Of a DNA stretch of 32,000 nt, positions 15,054 to 22,420 are shown piece by piece. The DNA lies in assembly GCF_029232205.1 (NCBI RefSeq), contig NZ_CP107255.1:210001-242000 (forward strand), written 5' to 3'. Within the stretch, counting starts at the first letter, position 1, and the number at the start of each line of letters is the position of its first letter. The position numbers were made by a program, and so were the translations under genes. The notes under the pieces are model-generated. The model did not search any database. It was not told the DNA's origin and saw only the letters and a list, made by a program, of their open reading frames with translations. Source of the DNA: Candidatus Saccharimonadota bacterium. Lineage in GTDB: Archaea; Nanohalarchaeota; Nanosalinia; Nanosalinales; Nanosalinaceae.

Positions 15054-15101
15054 TAAGAAGCTAACCCGTAAGCAATAGACGGGTAGAAAACAAATCTGGA
15101 T

Positions 15102-15149
15102 GGTTTCAATATTGAAACCTGTTTTCTGAACCGTTTCAAATTTGAAAAC
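15102..15149. promoter_or_regulatory. Operator-like palindromes (GTTTC/GAAAC half-sites) in the divergent control region
   Basis: Perfect 18-bp palindrome ggtttcaatattgaaacc (15102-15119). Imperfect palindrome gtttcaaatttgaaaac (15133-15149). It abuts the TATA box tttataa (15151-15157), about 31 nt upstream of the ATG at 15185. Confidence 0.55.
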
Positions 15150-15184
15150 CTTTATAACCCGATATACCGCCCTTTTCAGCTACC

Positions 15185-15475
15185 ATGAGCGGCTACAACT
15201 TCAACAACTACGAAGAAAACAAAGACTTACCAGAGACCCCTACACTGTTGCGAAAATTGGTCAAAGATAAACTGGAAGGCGAAGACTTTGTTTCCAACCG
15301 AAAAATTCGGCAACACATAGGCAAGCAAGAACAAGTCGAACACCTCTCCGAAGACACCGTCAGAACACTGCTCTCAGAAATCCTCAACTGGATGAAACAA
15401 CAAAACCAGGTAGAAGTAAAGGAAAAAGACTCAGGCAGCCACCTCAAAGAAAAACACTGGAAACTAATATCTTAG
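15185..15475 (+). CDS. Hypothetical small protein (candidate element regulator)
   Basis: 96 aa. It is the only plus-strand gene of the element and lies directly downstream of the TATA and palindromes. The antisense ORF 15208..15447 is rejected. Confidence 0.6.
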   Translation: MSGYNFNNYEENKDLPETPTLLRKLVKDKLEGEDFVSNRKIRQHIGKQEQVEHLSEDTVRTLLSEILNWMKQQNQVEVKEKDSGSHLKEKHWKLIS

Positions 15476-15756
15476 TCCTGATTTTCTATATAGTCGAGCT
15501 TTTTCTTGTGAAGTCTATTGGCTCTCTTGAGCCTCGTTACGCTGGTTAATGCCTTGGTCAGCTTGTCTCCGAAGGAATTGTCTCTGTTTCTTTCCTTGCC
15601 GTTTAGCAGGTCGAGTATGAAGTTGAGTTTTCGTTCTTCTCCCCAGTCTCCGATCTCTTCCGCTACATCTTTCAATGGTATATCCTCCTCTATCAGTTGT
15701 TCAGGTGAAAAGGAGTTCTGGTCTCTCCATTCATCCAGTATGTCCCGGTTGTTCAT
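15472..15756 (-). CDS. Hypothetical acidic/basic small protein
   Basis: The ATG at 15756 forms an ATGA overlap with the upstream gene's stop. The track start at 15771 is the alternative. No motifs recognised. Confidence 0.55.
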   Translation of the reverse strand: MNNRDILDEWRDQNSFSPEQLIEEDIPLKDVAEEIGDWGEERKLNFILDLLNGKERNRDNSFGDKLTKALTSVTRLKRANRLHKKKLDYIENQD

Positions 15757-16049
15757 TCGGTCAGCCTCCAATAGGTTGTATCTGATACTTCTTCGCTATC
15801 TGGTTCGTATTTGATTGCTATTCCCAGCTTCTGCAGGTGTTTCAGGGCTTTCTGAACTGTTCTTTTATCGGCGTCTATCGCTTTTTGGAGTTCGTATTCG
15901 GTTTTCGGTCTTTTCTTCAGTTCTTCCTGTATCATGTCTCGTATTAGGTTCTGGCTTCTTCGACCATCTGTCTCGTGCTTGGAGAGTTCTTCTCTCACCA
16001 TTTCCCTGATGAATTCGTGGATTTCGTCAAGTTCTTCCAGCTTAACCAT
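15753..16049 (-). CDS. Small winged-helix DNA-binding protein
   Basis: KTEYELQKAIDADKRTVQKALKHLQKLGIAIKY is an HTH/wing pattern. GGAGGTG lies 13 nt upstream of the ATG. Confidence 0.6.
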   Translation of the reverse strand: MVKLEELDEIHEFIREMVREELSKHETDGRRSQNLIRDMIQEELKKRPKTEYELQKAIDADKRTVQKALKHLQKLGIAIKYEPDSEEVSDTTYWRLTE

Positions 16050-16152
16050 ACTTCAGCATACACCTCCGGGTTTTGTCCGAAGTAACGGATACCTCTTTAT
16101 AAAGCAGTCATAGGTTAAGCACCATATCTGCCGGTCAAAAACTGGATATGAG

Positions 16153-16617
16153 TCATTCGCCATGGGATACCGTCACCTCTTTCAGTTGTTTGTAGGCTTT
16201 CCAGTATCGGCAGTTTTCTCCATGATTATTGATTGCCTGTATCTTGTTTCCACAGCTTTCACAGATACCGTTCTCTACTTTAGGGAAGGAAGTGCATTCA
16301 ACTGGATTTCCTTTTGAGTCTACAGGAACGAAGTATCCGCCACCTGTTATTCTACGGGGTAGCTCAACAAAATACTGTCCACATTCGAGGCAGCGATAAT
16401 CCCAGTCTCTATCCTCATTAGGATCGGCTACTTCTCCTTCCCAGTTTAGCATCCAGTTTCGTAGTTTTTCGTGACGGCTATCTATCTCCCAGATTGCTGG
16501 CGGATTTTCTTTCTCAAGAGGCTGACCGCATCTATGACATTTGTGACCGTAGTTCGTTGCACATTCAGAACAGACAGAATACTTGCCACAGCAATCCCAG
16601 TTAGCTCGCTTATTCAA
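16153..16617 (-). CDS. Multi-zinc-ribbon protein
   Basis: 154 aa with CC, CSEC, CHRC, CLEC and CESC pairs, about 3 predicted Zn ribbons. TTG start in a TTGA overlap with the upstream gene. Confidence 0.6.
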   Translation of the reverse strand: MNKRANWDCCGKYSVCSECATNYGHKCHRCGQPLEKENPPAIWEIDSRHEKLRNWMLNWEGEVADPNEDRDWDYRCLECGQYFVELPRRITGGGYFVPVDSKGNPVECTSFPKVENGICESCGNKIQAINNHGENCRYWKAYKQLKEVTVSHGE

Positions 16618-16859
16618 GGCTCCTCACCTCTTTTCTGCCATTCAACGAAACCGTCTTCTAGGCATCCGTCTGTCCAAACTATCTTTCCGTTTTCCATTCT
16701 TCTACAGTTGCAGGCATCTGGATGACCTGGTATCGGTTGGTAGATTTTCGAGTCTATACCTCTGTAGCGCATTTTTCCTCCTGCCTCGAAATGCCGGGTA
16801 TCGCATCTAGGACAGGTAAGAGTTTCTTCGAGTTCATATCCGCAGTGTTGACAGTTCAT
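16614..16859 (-). CDS. Zinc-ribbon protein
   Basis: 81 aa. CQHC...CPRC forms an N-terminal ribbon, with additional CNC and C. Confidence 0.6.
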   Translation of the reverse strand: MNCQHCGYELEETLTCPRCDTRHFEAGGKMRYRGIDSKIYQPIPGHPDACNCRRMENGKIVWTDGCLEDGFVEWQKRGEEP

Positions 16860-16872
16860 AGAGTTTGTTCAC

Positions 16873-17088
16873 CTATGTAGTATTATTTTCAAGCTGGAGC
16901 TTCGCAACATGGTATGCGTAGTCTTCTCCAACTACCGGCTCTAACTTGATTTTATTCGAGCTATCCAGAGAATAAACAACTTCCGTCCGTGACTCATCTC
17001 CGAGTTCCTTATCCAGATCGGGTAAAGGCATCTCCTGGCTCTCCTGCTGGTTAAGTATGCCGATGGCTTTTGCCTCGATCCTATCCAT
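16873..17088 (-). CDS. Hypothetical small acidic protein
   Basis: 71 aa, 8-nt overlap with the replicase stop, same operon. Confidence 0.5.
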   Translation of the reverse strand: MDRIEAKAIGILNQQESQEMPLPDLDKELGDESRTEVVYSLDSSNKIKLEPVVGEDYAYHVAKLQLENNTT

Positions 17089-20000
17089 TCTTTTTCACCC
17101 TGTACTGCTCACGGCCTGCTTCCTTGCGGGTTTCGAAAACGCTGTTTTCGTGGATAGCGTCGAGAACTTCTACCTTGTCATATTCTTCACTAACGAGATA
17201 CTGTGCGTTCTGGACTGGATTCCAGCCATCGCCTTGGGATGCTTTGTGGATAGTCTTGGCTGGTTCATCCAGTTCTTGCTTCACGGAGTTCACGGATTCA
17301 CTTTGATTCTGCGAAGGGGAGTCCTGGTGTTTATCCGAGCCCTGTTCCTTTTCCTGCCCACCCCCTTCCGTTTCCTTCGTGTAACGGTGAAGTTCATGAA
17401 CCTCTTCATCGTCCTCTTCGGTTTCCTCAATCTCCCTTTTCTTGGCTATCAAGTTGTCTATCTCTGTTTTATTGAGGAACTGGATTCCCTTGGGTTCAAG
17501 TCTTACTCCGCTACCTGACTTTGTAGCTACAAGTTTCTCGGCTTTCAGTTTCTGCCATTTCTCTTTCACGGTTCGTTTGCTGTCGCCGAGTTTCTCTGCC
17601 AGTGCTCCGGAAGTATTCGCCTCTCGACCTATCTCCTTCAAGATAAGCAGTTGATCTGCGGAGAGTTCTTCAACCAGTTCCTCCAGTTTATCCTGGTCAA
17701 GCGTAGTCTTCTCTCGTTCCTCTTCCAATAGGCTCTTCATTCCAAGCCGTTCCATTACCTTCTCGAAAAACTTCTTGACTCGTTCAACATGCTCTTCCGC
17801 AACCGTTACTTTCTCGTCCTCAACTGCGTGTTCAAGGACTGCTTGTGCTACGCAGAGCCGTGTAAGCTTTTCTCTAAATGCTCGGCTGACTACTGGTATG
17901 CTCTGGAAGTTGTAGCCTTTCATCATATTACTGGCTTCGACTCTGATTCTCTCCTTCGCATCATCAGTGTACTGAATATCTTGTGGTTTCAGACTCCATG
18001 CCCAGAGAACATGCTTCTTGTAGAAATCATCACTGTACGGCTTCTCCGAAGCTCTTGCCTGAGCTATCTCGTCCTCTGTAACGTCTTCAGCTAGGAACGG
18101 GATATACAAGTCCCACCGCCTGATGTCAGGCCCCGAACTGAAAGTATTCGTATCCTTAATTGCCTTGGCAGGTTTCGGGTAATGTAGGGAGATGGGTTCT
18201 TTCGGCGGATTCATAGCCCCGATAATCCTGACTCTGGCAGGTGCCGAACCTTTGACGCTGCGGTTTACATTTACTCTCTGATCTTCGAGTATCTCTCGCA
18301 GGTTCTTCATTTCTTCTTCGTGTAGCTGATTTAGCCCATCTAATCCAACCAGTCCCATGTCGTTGAGTGGGAGAACGCCCCATTCGATGACTCTCTGTTC
18401 TGTGTTGATTGTGTAGACCAGTCCTGTTCTGCTGCCTGTTTCTGCAGAGGCGTATTCTCCGAGCCGGTAGTGGTCTTTGGTCAGCTCCTTTATCTGTTCG
18501 GACTTGTATGTTCCTCCGTCTCCGAAGAAAAGTAATCGGAGACTGCCTCGCTGTATCTTTCCCTCGATATTCGGTATGAGAGGAGGGCTGTGTGCGGTAA
18601 GCTGTAATGCTTTTCTGGCGAGCGGTCTACCGACCATGTCCGCAGCTATCATTTCACAGGCGTTCTCAACCGCCCAGTTTTCGTTGTATGCTTCGTGTTC
18701 TTCTTCGTCAAGTTCTATTTCCTGGAAGCTTTGTTCCTCTGGTTCTATCTCATCTCCTATCAGCACCAGCTGGTCATTATTGCTGTTGACGTGGACTTCT
18801 CCTCTGACTTTGACCGATTTAGAGTTCGGTATTTCTTCGCCTATGATGTAGGCTGGTATGCTGTTGTTCTGGTTGGCGTTGAACTGTTCTGTGTCCTGTA
18901 GAAGGTTCTGGAGCTTCATCCAGGATTTATCGAGGTATTCTTCTATGGTGTGATTCCAGCTGTGGTTGTTCTTGTCATCTATACAGTCTGTCCTGCTGTT
19001 CTTCCATGCGACTATGCTTTTCAGGATATTGTGCTGGTTCTTGTTGGAGAGAAGGAAGCGATGTAGCAGTTTCTCCTCCATCATATCTCCTTCCCAAGTT
19101 TTTCCGCACTTCGGACACTCAGCTGTTACTTTCCATGGAATTCCCATTCCCTGCTTCTGTCCCTTAATCTTACCTCTGACAGAAATCCGAATATCCACAA
19201 GGTCTGAATCAACATCAGCAGGGCTGTAAGATCTATGGACATCGAGAAAATGTCTTGCGTCTTCTATCAGTTCTTCGAGATCGTAGCCGTTTTCCGTCGT
19301 CCAGTCGTCTAAATCCGCTTTTTCTGGCCTTTCTTCACTCCATTCGTGGACTATGACTTTGTGCTCCTCTACTAGGCTGTCGCCTGTTTGCCGTGCATTC
19401 TCCCTACCCGTATCGTCGTTATCAGTTACTATCAGAATCTGTCTGTAGTTCTTGGCGATAGCTTTGAGTTCGTTGAGGTGTCCTTCAAAGCTTCCGCAGG
19501 CTGCAGCAACAGTATCGTATCCTGCTTCGTAAGCGGAGATGGCGTCCGGATAGCCTTCCGTCAGTATCAGCGTATCGGAGTTGTCTCGGAGCAGCTTGTA
19601 GATGTCGTTTTCTACAAACTCGTTCCCACTGCTTTTGGCCTGCTGGTATTTCTTGTGTTCTTCCTCTGCGTTGGGATCTCGACACGTTACGAGGTATGGC
19701 TGGTCGTTTCTCTCCAGATGCGGAATCAGGTATGTGCCGTCTCCCTGCCCCGTCATCCCGAAGTGGATTCCTGTTTCTCCAAGTTTCTCGCCGTACTCCT
19801 GTTTCAAGCTGTTGAAAAGTTCTTCATCCATCCAGCCGATCCTCAGGTCTTCAACGGTCTCCTTACTCCAGTTTCTTCTCTCGTCCAAGTTTTGGTAGTG
19901 TTGCCGTTCCAGTTGTTCCTGTGCTTTCTGAACTACTTCTTCCTGTATCTGTCGGATTTCTCTCCTCTTTTCCCGTTGCTCCGAGCTTTTAGCTTTCTCA

Positions 20001-20260
20001 TCAGGTATTTCTATGTCAAGTCCGTGCTCCTGAATCAGTTGTTTGGCTGCTTCATAGTTGCTGACTCCGCCTCTCTGGGCTATGTAGTTGATTAAGTCTC
20101 CACCTTTAGCCTTGCAACTGTGGCATTTCCAGTTTCCTGACTCGTAGATTTTGAGTGCCGGGTCGCTGTCTCCACAGATTTCACAGTTCAGCTTGTTTCC
20201 CTCTACATCAGCAACATCCGAGAAATCCAGCTTTCTCTTGACTTTGTAGATGAGGCTCAC
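17081..20260 (-). CDS. Replicase: DnaG-type primase (CHC2 Zn finger plus Toprim) fused to a complete MCM helicase (OB/Zn N-domain, AAA+, wHTH) with an acidic tail
   Basis: aa 26-60 CEICG..WKCHSCKAKGGDLINYI (zf-CHC2-like). aa 228-286 LILTEGYPDAIS...ILIVTDNDDTGRE (Toprim Glu and DxD). aa 355-500 OB-like region with CPKCGK. MCM motifs: Walker A FFGDGGTYKS, Walker B LVGLDGLNQL, EILEDQRVNVNRS, sensor-1 IIGAMNP, Arg-finger RRWDL. C-terminal wHTH (SGALAEKLGDSKRTVKEKWQKL). Confidence 0.85.
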   Translation of the reverse strand: MSLIYKVKRKLDFSDVADVEGNKLNCEICGDSDPALKIYESGNWKCHSCKAKGGDLINYIAQRGGVSNYEAAKQLIQEHGLDIEIPDEKAKSSEQREKRREIRQIQEEVVQKAQEQLERQHYQNLDERRNWSKETVEDLRIGWMDEELFNSLKQEYGEKLGETGIHFGMTGQGDGTYLIPHLERNDQPYLVTCRDPNAEEEHKKYQQAKSSGNEFVENDIYKLLRDNSDTLILTEGYPDAISAYEAGYDTVAAACGSFEGHLNELKAIAKNYRQILIVTDNDDTGRENARQTGDSLVEEHKVIVHEWSEERPEKADLDDWTTENGYDLEELIEDARHFLDVHRSYSPADVDSDLVDIRISVRGKIKGQKQGMGIPWKVTAECPKCGKTWEGDMMEEKLLHRFLLSNKNQHNILKSIVAWKNSRTDCIDDKNNHSWNHTIEEYLDKSWMKLQNLLQDTEQFNANQNNSIPAYIIGEEIPNSKSVKVRGEVHVNSNNDQLVLIGDEIEPEEQSFQEIELDEEEHEAYNENWAVENACEMIAADMVGRPLARKALQLTAHSPPLIPNIEGKIQRGSLRLLFFGDGGTYKSEQIKELTKDHYRLGEYASAETGSRTGLVYTINTEQRVIEWGVLPLNDMGLVGLDGLNQLHEEEMKNLREILEDQRVNVNRSVKGSAPARVRIIGAMNPPKEPISLHYPKPAKAIKDTNTFSSGPDIRRWDLYIPFLAEDVTEDEIAQARASEKPYSDDFYKKHVLWAWSLKPQDIQYTDDAKERIRVEASNMMKGYNFQSIPVVSRAFREKLTRLCVAQAVLEHAVEDEKVTVAEEHVERVKKFFEKVMERLGMKSLLEEEREKTTLDQDKLEELVEELSADQLLILKEIGREANTSGALAEKLGDSKRTVKEKWQKLKAEKLVATKSGSGVRLEPKGIQFLNKTEIDNLIAKKREIEETEEDDEEVHELHRYTKETEGGGQEKEQGSDKHQDSPSQNQSESVNSVKQELDEPAKTIHKASQGDGWNPVQNAQYLVSEEYDKVEVLDAIHENSVFETRKEAGREQYRVKKNG

Positions 20261-20559
20261 TACTGTTTCACCTGTCGCTTCCTGTTCTTCTCTGGGATTT
20301 TGTCCTCCAGCCGTTCTACTGCGTCTTTTGCGTGTTCTACCAGTTCTTTCGTATCTTTCTGGTTGCTGAGTCTTCCAGAAGTCCGCTTGATGACCTGACC
20401 CCAGTAAAGTGCTGTGGCAGTCATATGAGGCGGTTTATCGGTGTAGAGGCGGTAGACGAACTCCCACTTGAACCGTTCCGTTGTAATTTCGACCACAAAT
20501 CTCTGCCCATATTTTCTGGATTTCTGCATCCTGCTGGTGGTGTCGATAATCTCTGCCAT
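20260..20559 (-). CDS. Hypothetical 99-aa protein (revised start)
   Basis: MAEIIDTTSRMQKSRKYGQRF... starts at an ATG overlapping the upstream stop (TGATG). The track's 148-aa version (to 20706) adds an Arg-rich N-extension that is the out-of-frame reading of the zinc-ribbon gene. Confidence 0.55.
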   Translation of the reverse strand: MAEIIDTTSRMQKSRKYGQRFVVEITTERFKWEFVYRLYTDKPPHMTATALYWGQVIKRTSGRLSNQKDTKELVEHAKDAVERLEDKIPEKNRKRQVKQ

Positions 20560-20726
20560 CAAAAGCTCACCTCTCTCCAGACGCTTTTTTGTCCGAGGAA
20601 CGGTTCTTCGTGGATGTGTTTCCAGAACTGACCGCAGTCCTGACACTTCCAGATGCTTTCGGTCTCGAAGCGGTTGACATCTTCGAACTTCAGTTCTCCA
20701 CCGCATTCACAGTTCTTCTGTGGCAT
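20559..20726 (-). CDS. 55-aa zinc-ribbon protein (absent from ORF track)
   Basis: Hand translation: MPQKNCECGGELKFEDVNRFETESIWKCQDCGQFWKHIHEEPFLGQKSVWREVSF*, with C-x-C...C-x2-C. The ATG overlaps the upstream stop (TAATG) and the stop overlaps the next ATG. Confidence 0.55.
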   Translation of the reverse strand: MPQKNCECGGELKFEDVNRFETESIWKCQDCGQFWKHIHEEPFLGQKSVWREVSF

Positions 20727-20983
20727 TACTGATCACCCTCCATGCTCTCTACGAATGCGTCTACCTGCTTCTTCGCCTTTTCTACTGTTTCTATGTGTAG
20801 GAAGTAGATAGAACGGTGATACTCGATTTCATCAGAGATTTTCAAGATTTGGAAGAGAGCGAAGTCGTTTTCCGGAAGATATATGTCGAACTCATAGAAT
20901 ACATCCTCCAGATAGACGGTTTTGTGAACCTTCTTCCATGTGTCATTATCGTAGACTCTGCAGTTACTGTCCACCACTGACAC
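20726..20983 (-). CDS. Hypothetical small protein
   Basis: 85-aa ORF. GTG start with an adjacent GGAGGTG, so the real start may be one of the GTGs 6-9 nt downstream. No motifs. Confidence 0.5.
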   Translation of the reverse strand: MSVVDSNCRVYDNDTWKKVHKTVYLEDVFYEFDIYLPENDFALFQILKISDEIEYHRSIYFLHIETVEKAKKQVDAFVESMEGDQ

Positions 20984-21033
20984 CTCCGAGAAGAGCCGAA
21001 CTTTTTTGAAGCGATATATTGAGAAACTCCATG

Positions 21034-21564
21034 TTAGAGTTCACCTCTCTCCTTGGCGGGTTGGACGGTGCTCTCGGCGGACGTATTTTCGTCCGCCTTC
21101 TCTTCCACTTCCAGTTGATACACTTGGTCTGGTTCTCTGCTAACGAAGTGTTCGGGATGATCGGCGTTCTCCAAGTCTCTAACGCTGTAATGTTCGATTG
21201 TCTTCTCGTCGAGCTTGACGATGTAGAAATGGCTTATATCCAGATGTAGGTGCTCAGAGCCACAGATACGGACTCCGCAAGTTACAGGTCTAACTGATCG
21301 TACCTCCTTCTGCTCCACTGGATCGGTTTCTAACTCCTTCTCCTTTCTACGCTTGACAAAGTAAGTCCAGGTTGCAGTGAAGTGTTCTAAATCATGTCTC
21401 GGCATCCACTGGAAATATTCCCGAAGTAGAGAGACTACATTCCAGGGGTAGCCGTTCCAGTGCTTATAGGTCAGAACTTCTTCTATTCTTCGCTCTGTCT
21501 CTTCAGTCTCCTGGTTCTTCCAATTTCTTTCCTGCTGGAAGAGAATCTGGCATCTAGTTGCCAT
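21034..21564 (-). CDS. Hypothetical protein
   Basis: 176 aa, ATG start overlapping the upstream gene end by 11 nt. No recognisable motifs. Confidence 0.6.
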   Translation of the reverse strand: MATRCQILFQQERNWKNQETEETERRIEEVLTYKHWNGYPWNVVSLLREYFQWMPRHDLEHFTATWTYFVKRRKEKELETDPVEQKEVRSVRPVTCGVRICGSEHLHLDISHFYIVKLDEKTIEHYSVRDLENADHPEHFVSREPDQVYQLEVEEKADENTSAESTVQPAKERGEL

Positions 21565-21976
21565 TCTTTACCACCTTTTCCTGCAGTTCCTCCCAGTCGT
21601 TGAAGCTATAATTCCTGTCTCGGAGAAAGACGGTGACTGGTTCTTTGAGCTCCTTTCCAAGTTCTCTTACCTGCCGATTCTTGTCGTTGCAGAAAGTTTC
21701 AATCAGCTTCAGGAAAGCCTTGAGTTCATCTTCGATTTCAGGCCGTAGTTCCTCGGCGTCGCTGGCTTTCTGCCATCCGCTTTCAAAACATCGCATGATG
21801 TAAAGTTTAGCTTCCTTCTTGCTGCATCCGTCCTTCCGGACTCTTTCAGCGTACTTTTCCACTGTTCCCCGTAACCAGTTTCTCTGACCTTCTGCCGAGT
21901 TAAGCGGATTGCAGAACTCCTCTCGACCTTCTCCGTTTCCGCTTTCCTCAGTATTGAAGAAGTTATAGTTACTCAC
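21554..21976 (-). CDS. Hypothetical protein
   Basis: 140 aa, GTG start. The N-terminus MSNYNFFNTEES resembles that of ORF 15185 (MSGYNFNNYEEN). Confidence 0.55.
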   Translation of the reverse strand: MSNYNFFNTEESGNGEGREEFCNPLNSAEGQRNWLRGTVEKYAERVRKDGCSKKEAKLYIMRCFESGWQKASDAEELRPEIEDELKAFLKLIETFCNDKNRQVRELGKELKEPVTVFLRDRNYSFNDWEELQEKVVKNGN

Positions 21977-22106
21977 CGATCATCGACCTCGTTTTCTGAA
22001 CTTCTTCCCTCAGAATCGGGTTCTGGAGGTTTTCTACAGCCTCCTCTGAGGCTTTCAATATGACCTCCAAAGCGTCGGCAAGCTTTTCTTCTTCTCTATG
22101 CTTCAC
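21969..22106 (-). CDS. Possible 45-aa helical peptide bridging two operon genes
   Basis: Hand translation from the GTG: (M)KHREEEKLADALEVILKASEEAVENLQNPILREEVQKTRSMIGE*. It overlaps both neighbours. It has only positional support. Confidence 0.25.
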   Translation of the reverse strand: MKHREEEKLADALEVILKASEEAVENLQNPILREEVQKTRSMIGE

Positions 22107-22308
22107 TGCCTGCCACCTCTGATTGAAGAAGATGAATTTTGGAGCTTCCCTTTTGCAGTATTTTTATCTGGTTTTCAGTAGCCATGGACGCTGTTTCGCC
22201 CTGTATAGTAGGGCGGCTGTATCCTGTTGCCTCCACAAGCTCTCTCTGTGTAAGTCCGTAGTCTGCCTCTTGAAGTGCCTGGCAGATTTCACGTCGGATT
22301 CTATTCAT
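22096..22308 (-). CDS. Small wHTH DNA-binding protein (first gene of the leftward operon)
   Basis: LTQRELVEATGYSRPTI is an HTH. GGAGGT lies 7 nt upstream of the ATG. A TATA-like attataag (minus strand) lies about 40 nt upstream. Confidence 0.65.
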   Translation of the reverse strand: MNRIRREICQALQEADYGLTQRELVEATGYSRPTIQGETASMATENQIKILQKGSSKIHLLQSEVAGSEA

Positions 22309-22420
22309 TTTTTGACCTCCTGTGGAGGTCTGGAGTCCCGAAGAGCTTATAATGGGCTGAGCTAAACAGAAAATACAGATGTTGTAAAGGCTCTACGACG
22401 GTTTTAGCCCGTTTTTGTTT

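Noticed and set aside
17057-20095. Plus-strand ORFs (17057..17518, 18477..18851, 19388..20095 of 235 aa, and others) within the replicase gene
   Set aside because: They are antisense to the 1059-aa primase-MCM ORF, which has contiguous domain signatures. They are hydrophobic Phe/Leu-rich shadows of an acidic Glu/Lys-rich gene.
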